Shown: one piece after another, positions 50,975-64,000 of the stretch
Numbering within the stretch: the stretch's first letter is position 1
Layout: every line of letters begins with the position of its first letter
Origin: Octopus sinensis
Lineage: Eukaryota
Length of the DNA stretch: 64,000 nucleotides
Reading direction: 5' to 3'
Assembly: GCF_006345805.1 (NCBI RefSeq)
Contig: NC_043018.1
Location: forward strand, 12,896,001 to 12,960,000
Made by a program: the position numbers and the translations under genes
The notes under the pieces: model-generated
Seen by the model: only the letters and a program-made list of their open reading frames with translations
Told to the model about the DNA's origin: nothing
Databases searched by the model: none

Positions 50975-51479
50975 TCTTCCCACATTATAAGGGTGATGTG
51001 GTCGTAGAAATTGTCTGATAGCCATGCTGGGCTCTCCTGCTCATGTTGCAAGACATAGGATCTTCCAGCATCCACCCTCTTGACCCAGAGCAGCACTACC
51101 TTCTCCAAGTACTTAATGTAGGCCTCCATGTTGAGTCCGAGGCCATGTGGGAAGATGACTGGAGGCATAATGTCGCCATCACTAGTGATGGCTGCAAATC
51201 CCATGATGTTGACTGGATGTTTGATTTTTATCACTCTCAGTACGTGTCCTCAGATTGACACCCAAACACTCTGAAATGTTTTGTATTAGAGGTTCCGGCG
51301 CGAATGCCAAGCAGTACAGCAAATTTCTGGCAGAGTGAATTGCATCATGATGCTGTTTTTCTCACAGACAGTACCCAACTGACCCTACTATACTGTGTAA
51401 TCGACAAAATCAAAAACAAGCAATGCGCATGCTCGAAATTATAAATACAAAATGGCTACAATTTACCCATTGCACTCTG
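50975..51479 (-). mobile_element. maT (DD37D-like) transposon, internally deleted
   Basis: ORF 50968..51234 KHPVNIMGFAAITSDGDIMPPVIFPHGL...YIKYLEKVVL; 5' TIR cagagtgcaatgggtaaattg next to TA at 51480. Confidence 0.8.
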
Positions 51480-51484
51480 TATAT

Positions 51485-51611
<127 letters not shown>

Positions 51612-53389
51612 TGGACTTTTCAATTTCAACTACCAGATTCACTCACAAGGCTTTCATTTATCCAAGGCTAAAAGTATAAGACCCTTGTCTCCAAGGTGCC
51701 TAGCTGTGGAACTGAACTTGAAACCATGTGGTTAGGAAACTAATTTCTTAATCACATGTCCATGCCTTGCAGATCATGAGAAATTTAAATAAATGATCTG
51801 GGTCAAAACTGGGAGTTAGTGTTGTGTGTGTGTCTGTGTGTCTTTGTATCTGTATTTGTCCCCCACCACTGTTTGACAACTGGTGTTGGTGTGTTTACAT
51901 CCCTCCCCATAACTTAGCAGTTTGGCAAAAAAAACCTGATAGAATAAGTACTAAGCTTAAAAAAGATAAGCCCTGGGGTCGATTTGTTCAACTAAAACTT
52001 TTCAAGGCAGTGCTCCAGCATGGCCACAGTCGAATGACTGAAACAAGTAAAGGAAGGATAACATGGAGCTTAGATTTTATTTGAGATTGCATTAGGAAGT
52101 TCCAGTTCACCTGTTCTATCCAGGGAAAGATTTATTTCCTATGTGTGTCATTCCATGAAATCACAGCTAAGCACTGGCACACAAAAAAAAACTGTTCAAA
52201 TTTAGCAGACGTTCACATTTTTGACATTACAGCTGTTGCTATGATCACAGATGAGGCTGCTGTCACTGGCTGCTGCTGCTGTTGCTGCTGCTGCTGCTAA
52301 CACTGTTGCTACTCAAACCAACACGCAACTATCTATGAGGTCACTTGACCTGTGAGAAATGGCAGCCAAATCTTCTTCATATTTCACTGTTTTCTTAATA
52401 AAATGAAGGACAGATTGAATAATGTGGTTTTAGGTCTACTCTGTTGTTTGGTAAGAGAAAAGGCAGAATGGCTGTGTGTCTAGTTGTCCTGTTTTTTTGT
52501 TTTTATATATAATTTCTCCTGATCTTCTCAAAGAATGCTTTGGAACTGTGACTTGTTCTCTTATTTATTTATTTATTTTAAGTTTGTGTAAATATTTATT
52601 TAAGTTTGTTTTCACTGTTTACTTGTTTGAGTTATTAGACTGTGGCCATACTGAAGCAGCGTCTCTAAGAACTTTCCGTTGAATGAATCAACTCCAATAC
52701 TTTTTTTTTTTAAGCCTGGTGCTTATTCTATCAGTCTCTTTTGCTCAACTGCCAAGTTATGGGGATGTAAACACACTAACACTGGTTGTCGAGTAGTGGT
52801 GGGGGACAAAGACACACACACACACACACACACACGCATGATGGGCTTCTTTCAGTTTCCGTTTACCAAATCCACTTGCAAGGCCTGATGCTTTAGTGGA
52901 AGACATGTGCACGATGCCACGAAATGGGACTGAACCCAGGACCATGTTGTTTGGAAGCAAGCTTCTGACACAGCACACAACCACACCTGCTGCTATAATA
53001 TGTAAATGGTTTAAAATTTTAGCTTTCTGCAAATTTTTTAGCTTTTAGAAAATACAGCTTTCATTTAAAATTTATTCATTAGGTTTTCATTAAAGTTTAA
53101 ACCTACAACTTATGTAGGTTCTTTTTTGTATATTGTAATTTTAGCGATGTTAATTACTGTTAATTTTTTCAATAAATGCATTAATGGAAGAAGCTATTTA
53201 TAATTCTTTTTCTTCATGGCTGTCTGGTAAAAAGCTTGCTTCCTAACCACATGGTCCCCGGTTCAGTCTTATTGAGTGGCACCTTGGGCAAGTGTCTTCT
53301 ACTATAGCCTTGTGAGTGGATTTCAATATCTGTTTTCCAGCCTGGTGTAGGTTGTATCAGCTTTCAATCTGGCAAGTTCACTAATCCTC

Positions 53390-53590
53390 CAAATCCTGTG
53401 TATCACCTCACCTGCAAAATCCAACAATGTGAGATCTAACCCCACTATTTCCTCTCTTGTCTTTGTTGGTCTTCCTCTGCTTTGGACACTTTCCTCTTTC
53501 CAGCGAATACTCAGTGTTCATTCTCATCACATGCTCCCTCCCTACTCCCAGGTGAACCTTGACTGAGTAAACCTAATATGAAAGCTGTTC
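53390..53590 (-). pseudogene. RTE LINE fragment
   Basis: Minus strand SVKVHLGV joined to HVMRM...GKCP...; deleted and frameshifted. Confidence 0.45.
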
Positions 53591-54046
53591 TCTCTTTCAC
53601 CATCTCATCCTTTCTACAGTAGCTACAACTTTATTATGCAATATTTTTACCCTGTTTAAAACAGTGAATGTGGTTTGATTTGGGGAAGATTTGGTTATTA
53701 TTTCTAGCAAATTGAACGGCCAGTTAGAGACTCTTCATTGACTCTGTCACCAATGCAGTTGTATCTCTTGTGTACATCGAGAGAGAGAGAGAGAGAGAGA
53801 GACACACACACACATGCACATTTATTTTGGATTTTTTGCTAGCAACTTTCAGATACAAGTGCTGCTAGTTGAAAGATTCAGGTACCAGATGTTAGCAAGT
53901 TTATGGGGTCATCAGGAGAAAATGCACGTTATTTCAGGGCCTTCCTCTCGATGGCATCATTGTGCACTGGTTTCCTTCACTGAAATGAGACCCCACTTGC
54001 TAGATTAACTGGTTACTAGGTTTAAGCATGTGTGTGTGTATGTATG

Positions 54047-54085
<39 letters not shown>

Positions 54086-54088
<3 letters not shown>

Positions 54089-54494
54089 CGTTGCCAGAGC
54101 AACAAGCTGGCCTCCGTGCCAATGGCACGTAAAAAAACACCATTCGAGCGTGATCGTTACCTGCGTCGCTTACTGGCACTTGTACTGGTAGCACATGAAA
54201 AACATTCGAGTGAGGTCATTGCCAGTGCCACTGGACTGGCTCCTGTGCAGGTGGCACATAGAAAGCACCATTTGAGCATGGCCGTTGCCAGTACTGCCTG
54301 GCTGGCTCTCATGTCAGTGGCACGTAAAAGCACCCAGTACACTCTCGGAGTGGTTGGCGTTAGGAAGGGCATCCAGCTGTAGAAACTCTGCCAGATCATA
54401 TTGGAGCCTGGTGCAGACATCTGGTTCGCCAGACCTCAGTCAAATCGTCCAACGCATGCTAGCATGGACAGCGGACATTAAACGATGATGATGA
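54086..54494 (+). mobile_element. Young GAT-tailed retroposon (RTE 3' UTR family)
   Basis: Tandem gtggcacgtaaaa units, core ggcgttaggaagggcatccagctgtag, tail aacgatgatgatga; same family as 19045-19526. Confidence 0.85.
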
Positions 54495-55220
54495 CAATAT
54501 ATAAGAGAGAGATGTAAGCTTGGCTGTGTGGTTACGAAGTGCATATCCCAACCATGTTGGTTTCGCAGCACCTCACTTGACCAAAGCCTATTTATGCTTA
54601 CACCAGTCTAAAAAGTGATGTTGTTTACATTGTGTCTGTTTATATCCTGTAACTTAGTAGCTTCACAAACAGAGATGGATAAAATACATACCAGACTAGG
54701 GGAGGGTAGAGTTTAGGGCCAGTATGATTGAGCAGAGATTCTCAAAGGTTGTATTGTAGCCAGGTTGTAGCCTAATGACTGAAACCGGTAAAAGAATAAC
54801 TGGATGGATGTCACGTTTATAGAATTTCTTTTGTAAAACATATGTTAAGCGTGTTTATTGCTTCTTAAAATGTGTGAGATGTTCTCTTAGATATCAAATC
54901 TGCAATGTTAGGTTATGGGAGTGGAGATGTGTAATTTTCTTGAGACACAACGAAGCGATGGTATCTGTTGCACCTGCCTTGTGTCCACTGGACATGACAG
55001 ATCTCTGCTCTGATTATCTATGTTGACCATACATCATATCCAGATGTGTGGGTGTGTGTGTGTCTGTGCTGGACCAATAAAAATTATATATGTCTGTATA
55101 TTTTTCAATGTATGTCTAACTGTACATACATATGCTTGTATGTATGTTCATGTGTGTGTGTATACATGTATATATGTACTTGTGTATGTGCATTTGTGTG
55201 TATGTTTATGTATATATATA

Positions 55221-55292
<72 letters not shown>

Positions 55293-55645
55293 TTGTGTTT
55301 ATGTAGAATATGTGAGTACATGTGTGTGTGTGCATATGTGTGTCAGGAAGCAGAGAGGCAAGAAGAGATCATGGAATATAAACGGAATAAAATTGAATCT
55401 AGAATGCAGTGTTGAGTGCGTCCAACCCTCGGCTGTAGAGTGTCAACTCTGGGCATATTCCAGTCTTATCATACCTCATCAATAGGCAATATTGTTTTGT
55501 GCATGGACAGGAAACGGGATGGCCATATCTGGTATGCTTTTGATCATAGGTACACTCAATCATGATCAACTTGGATCTAAACAATATCACAACAGCAACA
55601 TGATGCCAGGACAATCTGAAATGAAATCTAGACAAACATACATAC

Positions 55646-55684
<39 letters not shown>

Positions 55685-56519
55685 TGGAACCATGTCAGTT
55701 GGGTGATGATTGGTAATAGATGATTACTTGGAAGTAATGTATTGCCAATATTATAAGTAGAGACTTGAAGATAAAAATCAGAAATGACTGATATAATTGA
55801 GTGGATATTGTTAAATAAGAATGTTTTTGAAGTCAGCTGATGTCAACATCATCTGGAAAGACTGAGGCAAGAATGAGGTCATCTATCGATTGCTGGTTTC
55901 TGTGGTGCTCCACAATCATAGCTTTATTTCTATTGAAGAATAAAAAAAAATATAAAAAAAAGACATGTGAAGTACAAAGACACTTCACAAGGGGTGGTGA
56001 TGAGGGGGGGAGAAAATGTTGCTGACCACTGGTTCTTGGAAAGGAAATGTAGCTCCATGATTTTCAGAACTTCTAATGAGTATCAGAGCTGAAACAGGAA
56101 AAATCTGCAGAGTTCCATCTGATGTAATGGATGAATCATCATTGACATCCATCGTCATTGTATTCATCATCATCATCATCATCATTATTGCCATCCTCAG
56201 TATCGTCGTCATCGTCATCCTCATCATCAAGAATATTTTTCGTGATGATCACATGGAGGAATGACAATCGCCTCCATTTTGGATTAACATGAAACCAATG
56301 GTAGCCTTAATATACAAATAAAGCATATATACATATATATATACATATATATATATACATATATACATGTATATATATGCTGGCGAATGAACGTATGGTG
56401 GACTAAGTTTATGCAATGCTTAACGATGCTGGAAATATAAGTACCAGGCTGCAATCTGCTCTGTCATGACTGCATTAAATAAATTTCTAGTGAAACAATT
56501 GTTGCAAACTTACTATATG

Positions 56520-56600
<81 letters not shown>

Positions 56601-56601
<1 letters not shown>

Positions 56602-56964
56602 GACAGAGGAGTGGCTGTGTGATAAGTAGCTTGCTTACCAACCACATGGTTCCAGGTTCTATCCCACTGCGTATCACCTTGGGCAAGTGTCTTCTAATAT
56701 AGCATCTGGCCGGCCAAAACCTTGTGAGTGGATTTGGTAGATGGAAACTGAAAGAAGCCCGTCGTATATGTGTGTTTGTGTGTCTGTTCACCCCTACTAT
56801 CACTTCACAACCGATGCTGTGTGTTTACGTCTCCCGTAACTTAGTAGTTCAGCAAAGAAGACTGATAGAATAAGTGCCGGGCTTGCAAAAAATGAGTCCT
56901 GGGGTTGATTTGTTCAATTAAAAGGCAGTGCTCCAGCATGGTCACAGTCAAATGACTGAAACAA
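56601..56964 (+). mobile_element. SINE family A, full length, followed by two inverted heads (56967-57045, 57110-57257)
   Basis: Direct match to 45812-46191; the downstream segments are reverse complements of its head. Confidence 0.9.
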
Positions 56965-59169
56965 AGGTGCCACACAGTAGGACTGAACCTGGAACCATGT
57001 GGTAGGGATGCAAACTTCTTACCACACAGCCACTCCTGTGCCAAATTGCCTCTCCTGCACCTACTACGCCTATATATGTATACACACACACACACACACT
57101 GAACATCTGTCTGTTTCTGTCTATTAAATCCACTCCCAGATTTTGGTCGGCCCAAAGCTATAATGGAAGACACTTACCCAAATGCTACACAGTGGGAGTG
57201 AACTCAGAACCATGTGGTTGGGGAGTAAGCTTCTTACCACGCAGCCACACCTGTGCCACTCTGTCAGTTTCTTTTCCCCAGGTGTTCAATATCATTAATT
57301 ATCACTTTTAATTCAGGGGTAATTTTCTGCCAAGTGTTCCTTTTTTTTGTGCTTCTGTAGAATATTTCTCATTCTTGTGGGGCCAGAAATGTGTTTATAG
57401 TTTACGGAGCTTCCTTGCATGAGTCTTTCAACTTAAATGACCAAACTAGCTTCGCTGCTTCTGAATTAATTTAGAAACGGTCTGCTGGTAAAAGTCAGTT
57501 TGATCTAATGATACTCCAAGGATTCACTGAAGACTTCCCAAAATATCTAAATTGCTCTGGAGTGACATCCATAATGTGGTGCCATAGACCAAAACAGGCA
57601 ATACAGATAATCAATAATTGGTGAATGGCTGCGTAAAGAACATGAGAAAGTATAGGAGATTCATAGAATCTTTTTCTTTTGGTTTTTGAATTTTATTTAT
57701 AATCTTGCTACTGAATAGTTGATTTTCTAGAAGAAACACTTTAATAATACCAGAAGAGATGTGTGTGTGTATATATGTATATTTTGCTAGAGATGCTTTC
57801 ATAGAGTGATCGTGTAAACGTTCACATGCAAACACACACACACAGACATACTTTCATCATGATGTGCCATTTCACAAATTTTAATAATCTTCAAGAGATG
57901 AGGTACTTATTTTTACTTTCTGTTCTATTAAGCAGATAGGAATCAAGGTGCTATTCTAAGAACCTCTTTGCAGTTCTGCTATTCGTTGTCCACCTCCTCA
58001 TCATTTCAGTGTCCACTTTTCTATGCTTAAATGAATCAGAATTTATTGAGGAAAATTTTTTATGGTTCAATACTCTATCACCAACCCTTGCCTGTTTCCA
58101 AACAGGTTTTTATAGCTGAGAAAGAATATCAGGAGGACCTGGTCCTGGCTCAAACCAAACTGCATCTCCCCTAAATTACGTTTCTTCCTAATTCGTTGTG
58201 TTTCAACACTTTCTTTTCATTTCATAACTTGGTCCATCAGTTCGATGCCTCTTCAGTTGCTTCTTTCTCGTGGATGTGTGTAGGGAGAGTATGGCTGGGA
58301 AGAGAGGATTAGTGCCAGGGATTATTGAGAAGCAGGGTACAGGGTGGGAAGGTGGTAAGGTGGGTTGATTAGGAGGGGTCTGGAGCTATTTTATGTTTTA
58401 AGAGCAAAGATGGATGGAAAGTGCAAGTGAAAGGAGACAGGAAGAAACAGAAGACTCGAGTGAAGAAAATTTTGAGTGAAGGACTTCATCTTGAATGGTG
58501 GAAGTAAATGTCTGCTGGATGGGAATCGAAAAGAAGAAATGAATGGACAACAGCATGAAACACAAGAGGGTAACATAAACAAGGCTTTGGGTAATAAGGA
58601 ATAGAAATGACCGAAACATCAAAAGGCTTAAAACAAAGATTACAATTTACCAAAAATAAGAAATAAAATGAATTCCTGTCCTTTTCAATGGTTCCTCTGC
58701 TAAGTAGAAAGCAGTTAATTGAAATGGAAACTGGACTTAAAGAAATGACTCAAAACAGCCAGGGGTTTGTAATTTGAACATCAAAGACAAAGTTATAGTA
58801 AATAGTTTATGCGATAATTTCTTGATTTCTTGGAATTATCTTCACTTCCAGAGAGGCTGAACCAACCATTCAGTGGCAATTGGACAACTCCAAGCTAGAA
58901 AAGAGGATAGTCTTAAAAACCAAGAACCTTCCAAAACTGACATGCCAATAAAGAAAAGACCATCTGATTGTCTTGGAGATAAAAGCAATAGCTCTCATCA
59001 GCACAGCATTGTTCTACTTTATCTTCAACAGAAGAGACACTTAAACATAGACAAAAAAGAGTTGAACACATTTGTGACATCATCATCATCATCATCATCA
59101 TCATAAATCCATTTCTCCATGATTGCATGGGTTCGGGGAATATTCACTGGACCAGTGACTTGCTACTTG

Positions 59170-59430
59170 TTACAGTTTGGTGTCATCTTCTAAAGATTGG
59201 CTTCTTCCACTCCTTCCCATGTCTTCCTTGGTCATCCTCACTTGTTGAGGTTCCTCTCATTTAGATTACCAGGCATTCTTTATCCTCCATACACACCACA
59301 GTTCTTCTCCTGCAGATTACATTTGATTCCTCTTTCACATGGTTCTTCTCTCAGCTCATTTTTGCTTTGTTGTTCATGCACACTAACATTACATACCTAA
59401 CATAACATGCAGCTAGAATATGAAAGATGC
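59170..59430 (-). pseudogene. RTE LINE 3' fragment, same family as 42158-43015
   Basis: Minus strand CNVSVHEQQSKNELRE...RGIKCNLQE...PRKTWE. Confidence 0.6.
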
Positions 59431-60813
59431 TGGCTACGTTTCTGTCTAAACTTTGCACATTTTATACATTCAGTACCCATGTTTTGTTACCAGACATCAA
59501 GTATCACTCTCAGTTAAAACACAAACTTACCTTTTATTTATCCACTTGTCTGGCAACAATATCTCCACTCCACCCAAACCAGCAATGATATTCATCTAAA
59601 ATTTATACCTTTGTTCCTTGCCTGTGAAGGGTTTGGTTGAGGATACTTTCTGCATACAGCAAACATTTATTTTCTTCCACTTCATTTTCTCTGCAATCTC
59701 TCCAGACCATCATTTCTTTGTGTGAACAGTGATGGTAGCAGCCCCGAAGTTTTGTGCCTGACGGGGGAAAAGGGAGCTTTCAATTAGGGGTGGGTGGGGG
59801 TGGGGGGCTTGTGTTTGATGTCTGTTTTCTGCTTCTAAAAGAAAGGAAGTTGGTGCAATTATTTGATGACAGTTAAGGAGTCTCTCTCTCTCTCTCTCTT
59901 CTCTCTCCCTCTCTCTCTCCCTCCCTCTCTCTCTCTCCCTCTCCCCCCCTCTCTCTCTCACACACACACACATGCATATGTGTCATCACATTGGTTGTGG
60001 TGCATTTGCAGAGATTACTGCTGCTGTTTTGTTGTTAACCATAACCAGCCACATTCTTGAAAACTTATTATTTCATAGTTTCTGCCATTCTCTGCCCCCA
60101 CAATTGATTATATTAACCCCCAGTACTTATTTCATTGAGTCCCCTTCCCTTCCCTACCTAGGATCAATACTGGTAAGCTTCAAACTTGGAATCAAATGGA
60201 ATGGAACTTTTGAACACAAGGAATTTAATCAGTTGCTCTCTTTTTTCTATCACTACCACTGCATTGATGATGATGATGATGATGATGATTGATTGATTAT
60301 TATTATTTCAAATTTTGGTACAAGGCCAGCAGGTTTGGGTGAGTGGGTAAGTTGATAATATCGACCCCCAGTGTTTGACTGGTACATATTTTAACAATCC
60401 TGAAAGTTTGAAAGGCAAAGTCAACCATGGTGGAATTTGAACTCAGAACATAAAGACAAAAAATGCTAAGCATTTTGCCTGGTATGCTAACAATTCTGCC
60501 AGCTTGGACCTTAAAAAAAAAAATAATGATAGTAATAATAATGATGATGATGATGATAATCCTTTCTACTATAGACACATGGTCTGAAATTTGAGAGTGA
60601 GAAGAGTTAATTAATTACTTTGAATTCAGGAATTTTACTGGTCCTTTTATTTTATGAACTCTGAAAGAATGGAAGACAAGGTAGACTTTGGCAGGAATTG
60701 AACTCAGAATGTAATGAGCTGCTGGAACAAATATCACAAGGTATTTTGTTAAACTTGCAGCATGAAATGAATCCCTAAAAGCAGGACATGAAGAATGGTT
60801 GAAGTCGAAGGTG

Positions 60814-60907
60814 AAAAGCAATAGAGTACCTGAAATATTGTTTGATTGAAGGTGAAGGTCAAAAGCAATAGAGTACCTGAAATATTGTTTGATTGAAGGT
60901 GAAGGTC
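60814..60907. repeat. 47-bp direct tandem duplication
   Basis: aaaagcaatagagtacctgaaatattgtttgattgaaggtgaaggtc at 60814 and again at 60861. Confidence 0.95.
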
Positions 60908-61596
60908 AAGGATAAAAGTTGTATAGTTAGAGAATATATTTGGGCGAGTGAAGGATGTGAATGAGTGAAGAATATTCTTTTATTCTTACGTGATCTGCAA
61001 AGCCTTGTTTGGAAGTTCTGTGAGCTCTTGTAAAATTCTGTCTGTGAATTCTTTCTGTTATAAATTTTTTGTGGTAACTGTAAACTCTGGCTTGATGCAG
61101 TTTCAGAAACACGGCAGCTGCCAAGTCTACAGAAACGAAATGATGAGTGATGAGAATGCAGAAGGCTTCTTTTTGTTTTCATTTTTTCTGATTGAAATGG
61201 AGGCAGGAAAAGACTCATCTGCTGCATGTGTATGTTGCTGTTGCTGTTGTTGCTGTTTAGTCCCAGCAAATTGGCAGAGTAGTTAGGATATCAGTTAGAA
61301 TGCTATGCAATATTTTGCACACTGAGTTCAAATCCCATGAAGGCTGTTAACTAGGTCTTTCATCCTCATCAGCATTGATATGGAATAATGCCAGAATCCA
61401 GGGCTGTGAATTGGTGGAATCATTTGTGCCGGATGAAATGGTTTTGCATTATCAGTTCTGGTTCTCTGTGTTCTGGCAGCAGCACTTGCACCGAGTGGCA
61501 TCAGCCTTGCTTTCTCCTTACATGGAGAGGCCCTCCTACATGCATGGGCAACTGCTGGAGTACCACAAAGATCCTTGCTGAAGCATGCATTTGATA

Positions 61597-62272
61597 CAGG
61601 TGTACATAGATAGACAACTCTGACCTGGTGAGACTAAAGACTTACCTGGTCGGAGTTAGTTAGAGCTGTTCAAAGGAAGTTGTCATGGCAATACCTGCTC
61701 AGAGGCCTACACAAAGTTGCAGAAAGTGTATGGAGAGGAGTGTATGAGCTGCACACTAGTCTACGAGTGGTTCAGACGTTTCCAGTGACATGTAAAAAGC
61801 ACTATCCGAACATGATCGATGCCAGGCTTGCCTGACTGGCTCCTGTGCTGGTGGCACATAAAAAGCACCCACCACACTCTTGAAGTGGTTGGTGTTAGGA
61901 AGGGCATCCAGCTGTAGAGACATTGCCAGATCAGGTTGGAGCCTACAGGAGTTGGAGTTGGAAGTTCTCCATCATCTACTATACTCACCTAAACTTGCTC
62001 CCACTGACTACCACTTCTTCCAGAATTTGGATAACTTTTTGATAGGAAACAAATTTAATTCCGACGATGCTGTAAAATAGGCCATCCAAGATTTTATTGA
62101 CTCTAGATTGCCAGGCTTTTACAGTTCCGGGTTGGACAAGCTACCACTGAAATGGCAAAAGTGTATTGACAATATGGGTGCATACTTTGGTGAATAAAAC
62201 TATTCCTTGTATTTATAAAACATTATCAAATTTTTTTTTTCTTTTCTACAAATTTCATACTTGACGACCTGA
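61597..62272 (+). mobile_element. mariner (DD34D-type) transposon, internally deleted, interrupted by a GAT-family insert
   Basis: N-terminal EAYTKLQKVYGEECMS...YEWFRRF; C-terminal LYSPKLAPTDYHFF...KWQKCIDNMGAYF. Ends TA|caggtgtaca and atttcatacttgacgacctga|TA resemble Mos1-type TIRs. Confidence 0.8.
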
Positions 62273-62840
62273 TATATTATTATTATAATAAACATATTGT
62301 AATTATTCTTTATCTGAAGAGTTTCTAATTGGAAATTCTTTACATGTATACCTAACATGTAAATCTTTGTGATTCCTACTAGCAAATGAAACATGTGTAA
62401 TGAAGAGTAAATAATACCAAGCAATTTTCATGTTTTGTTTCACACACACACACACACATGCACACACGCGCACACACACACCACACACACACACACATAT
62501 ACACTTCTACAGAAAGGAATAAGGCGAGAAAACAGATGGAGAGAGATAAAAAAAAACAGAGAGAAATATGTATATATATAGTGTTGGGTAAACAGCTAAA
62601 CTATTTACTATAGCACAGTATAAGTATTGAAACAAAACACCACAAGGTATCCTGTGTATTATTCTGTAATATGTATCCACATGAGGATTGGTGCAGTGAA
62701 CCAGTGATTGGCTGATGAGAAACCTATGATCAGCTGTGATATTGTTCACAAAATGTATGATATAAAAAAGATAATAAATGAATATGTTTATAGTCAATCA
62801 AGGCAATCGATATCTCTAATTTGCAATTTCTTCATTAGCT

Positions 62841-63064
62841 TATGAAGGGGTGGGGCTGAAAAGTTCCTGGCTTTAAGGATATCGTGAGATCCTGGTTGGA
62901 GGCTAACCTTCCAAGTTCTTTTACAGGGCTTAGAAAAACTGAAGGACCACTGCAATAATTGTGTGAATCTGAGAGGGAAATACGTTGAATAAAATCATAA
63001 TTAACTGATACATCCTGTGTTTTCTTTTACCCAAAACCAGGAACTTTTTAGCACCCCCCTCGTA
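62841..63064. mobile_element. mariner-derived MITE
   Basis: Inverted termini tatgaaggggtggggctgaaaagttcctgg / ccaggaactttttagcaccccctcgta with TA ends. Confidence 0.8.
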
Positions 63065-63199
63065 TGATGTGTCACTGTGGTTTAACAACTTACCTGTCAA
63101 GTTTACATACAGGTGTACGGCTTAGGATGTGACACAAGTGACCCAATTGTTAATGACGTGTTTGTTATATACTTACATAATCAATTAATTGTCATCTTC

Positions 63200-63810
63200 A
63201 GTGGGTTTATCACAATCGATGCCATCAGAAAATTTGTCACTATAAATTTTGTCATCAGTAGCAGATGATATCATAGGAAATATCACAATGGCTATTGTCA
63301 TAAAAAGTTTTATCTCATCAGGTGTTCTTATAAGTAAGTTTATCACAGTAAATGTCGTCAAAGTGAATTTATTACAAAGTATGATGTTAAAAGGAATAGG
63401 TGTGATCATGTGATCGAAATAGGTGTGATCATGTGATCGAAATAGGTGTGATCATGGGAAGGTTTATCACAAGACTAATGAGATTTGTAGGTATGCAGCA
63501 TTTTGTTATGCAACACAGCATTTCGTTATAGTATATCAAGCATTTTTATAAGTTAATACCACGTTCTGCTCCGTTAGCAGTGCACTTTACATTCCTGGAT
63601 ACGAAATGTTGTAACAAAAATCAGTGCTGGCCATAATTTCTATAGAATATCTGTAGAGATTACCTTAACAAGTTTATCCCCATAGATATTGCCATCGAAG
63701 TAGATTTATCACAATCCAGATGTCACAGAAGGGTTTACTACAGCAGAAATGCAGTCTTTCGAAAGTTTATCCAACATGGAATGTCATATGAAAGTGTGTT
63801 TCAATAAATA
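63200..63810. repeat. Degenerate minisatellite (tttatcaca...gatgtcat motif) containing an exact 23-bp tandem repeat
   Basis: The motif recurs at roughly 30-bp spacing; aataggtgtgatcatgtgatcga starts at 63395, 63418 and 63441 (last copy truncated). Confidence 0.7.
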
Positions 63811-63816
63811 TCATCA

Positions 63817-64000
63817 TAGGCGCAGGAGTGGCTGTGTGGTAAGTAGCTTGCTTACCAACCCCATGGTTCCGGGTTCAGTCCCCCTGCATGGTACCTTGGG
63901 CAAATGTCTTCTACTATAGCCTCAGGTCGACCAAAGCCTTGCGAGTGGATTTGGTAGATAGAAACTGAAAGAAGCCTGTCATATATATGTATATGTATAT
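63817..64000 (+). mobile_element. SINE family A head, running off the window end
   Basis: taggcgcaggagtggctgtgtggtaagtagc...gggttcagtcccc...gaaagaagcctgtc followed by (AT)n. Confidence 0.9.

Noticed and set aside
58860-59050. EIKAIALISTALFYFIFN as an RT QG..LSP.LF motif
   Set aside because: Too degenerate; the key QG residues are absent.

Overview
AT-rich eukaryotic DNA that is almost entirely decayed transposable elements and microsatellites. The repeat vocabulary (tRNA-headed SINEs with internal AT/GT microsatellites, GAT-tailed RTE 3' ends, DD37D maT fragments, dense (AT)n/(AC)n/(AAT)n) looks like an Octopus genome; this is recognition from memory, not a search result. I found no host protein-coding exon, intact RNA gene or CRISPR array. 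Almost all ORFs in the track are microsatellite read-throughs, antisense frames or TE remnants. Supportable content: RTE, R4/Dong-like, Tx1-like and CR1-like LINE relics; Tc1, maT, mariner and pogo relics; hAT MITEs; Helitron pieces; a Penelope-like remnant; and many SINE copies. The most interesting observations are (1) three same-orientation retroposons, two R4/Dong-like, stacked in (AAT)n tracts at 33.4-36.5 kb, (2) a cluster of long palindromes at 25.6-27.7 kb, two folding back at the same Penelope-like motif, (3) a Helitron nest missed by the ORF track, (4) a 5'-inverted RTE LINE, and (5) a CpG-retaining zone at 24.4-27.3 kb. I see no convincing wholly new gene system. All family calls come from hand translation and motif recognition and need a database check.
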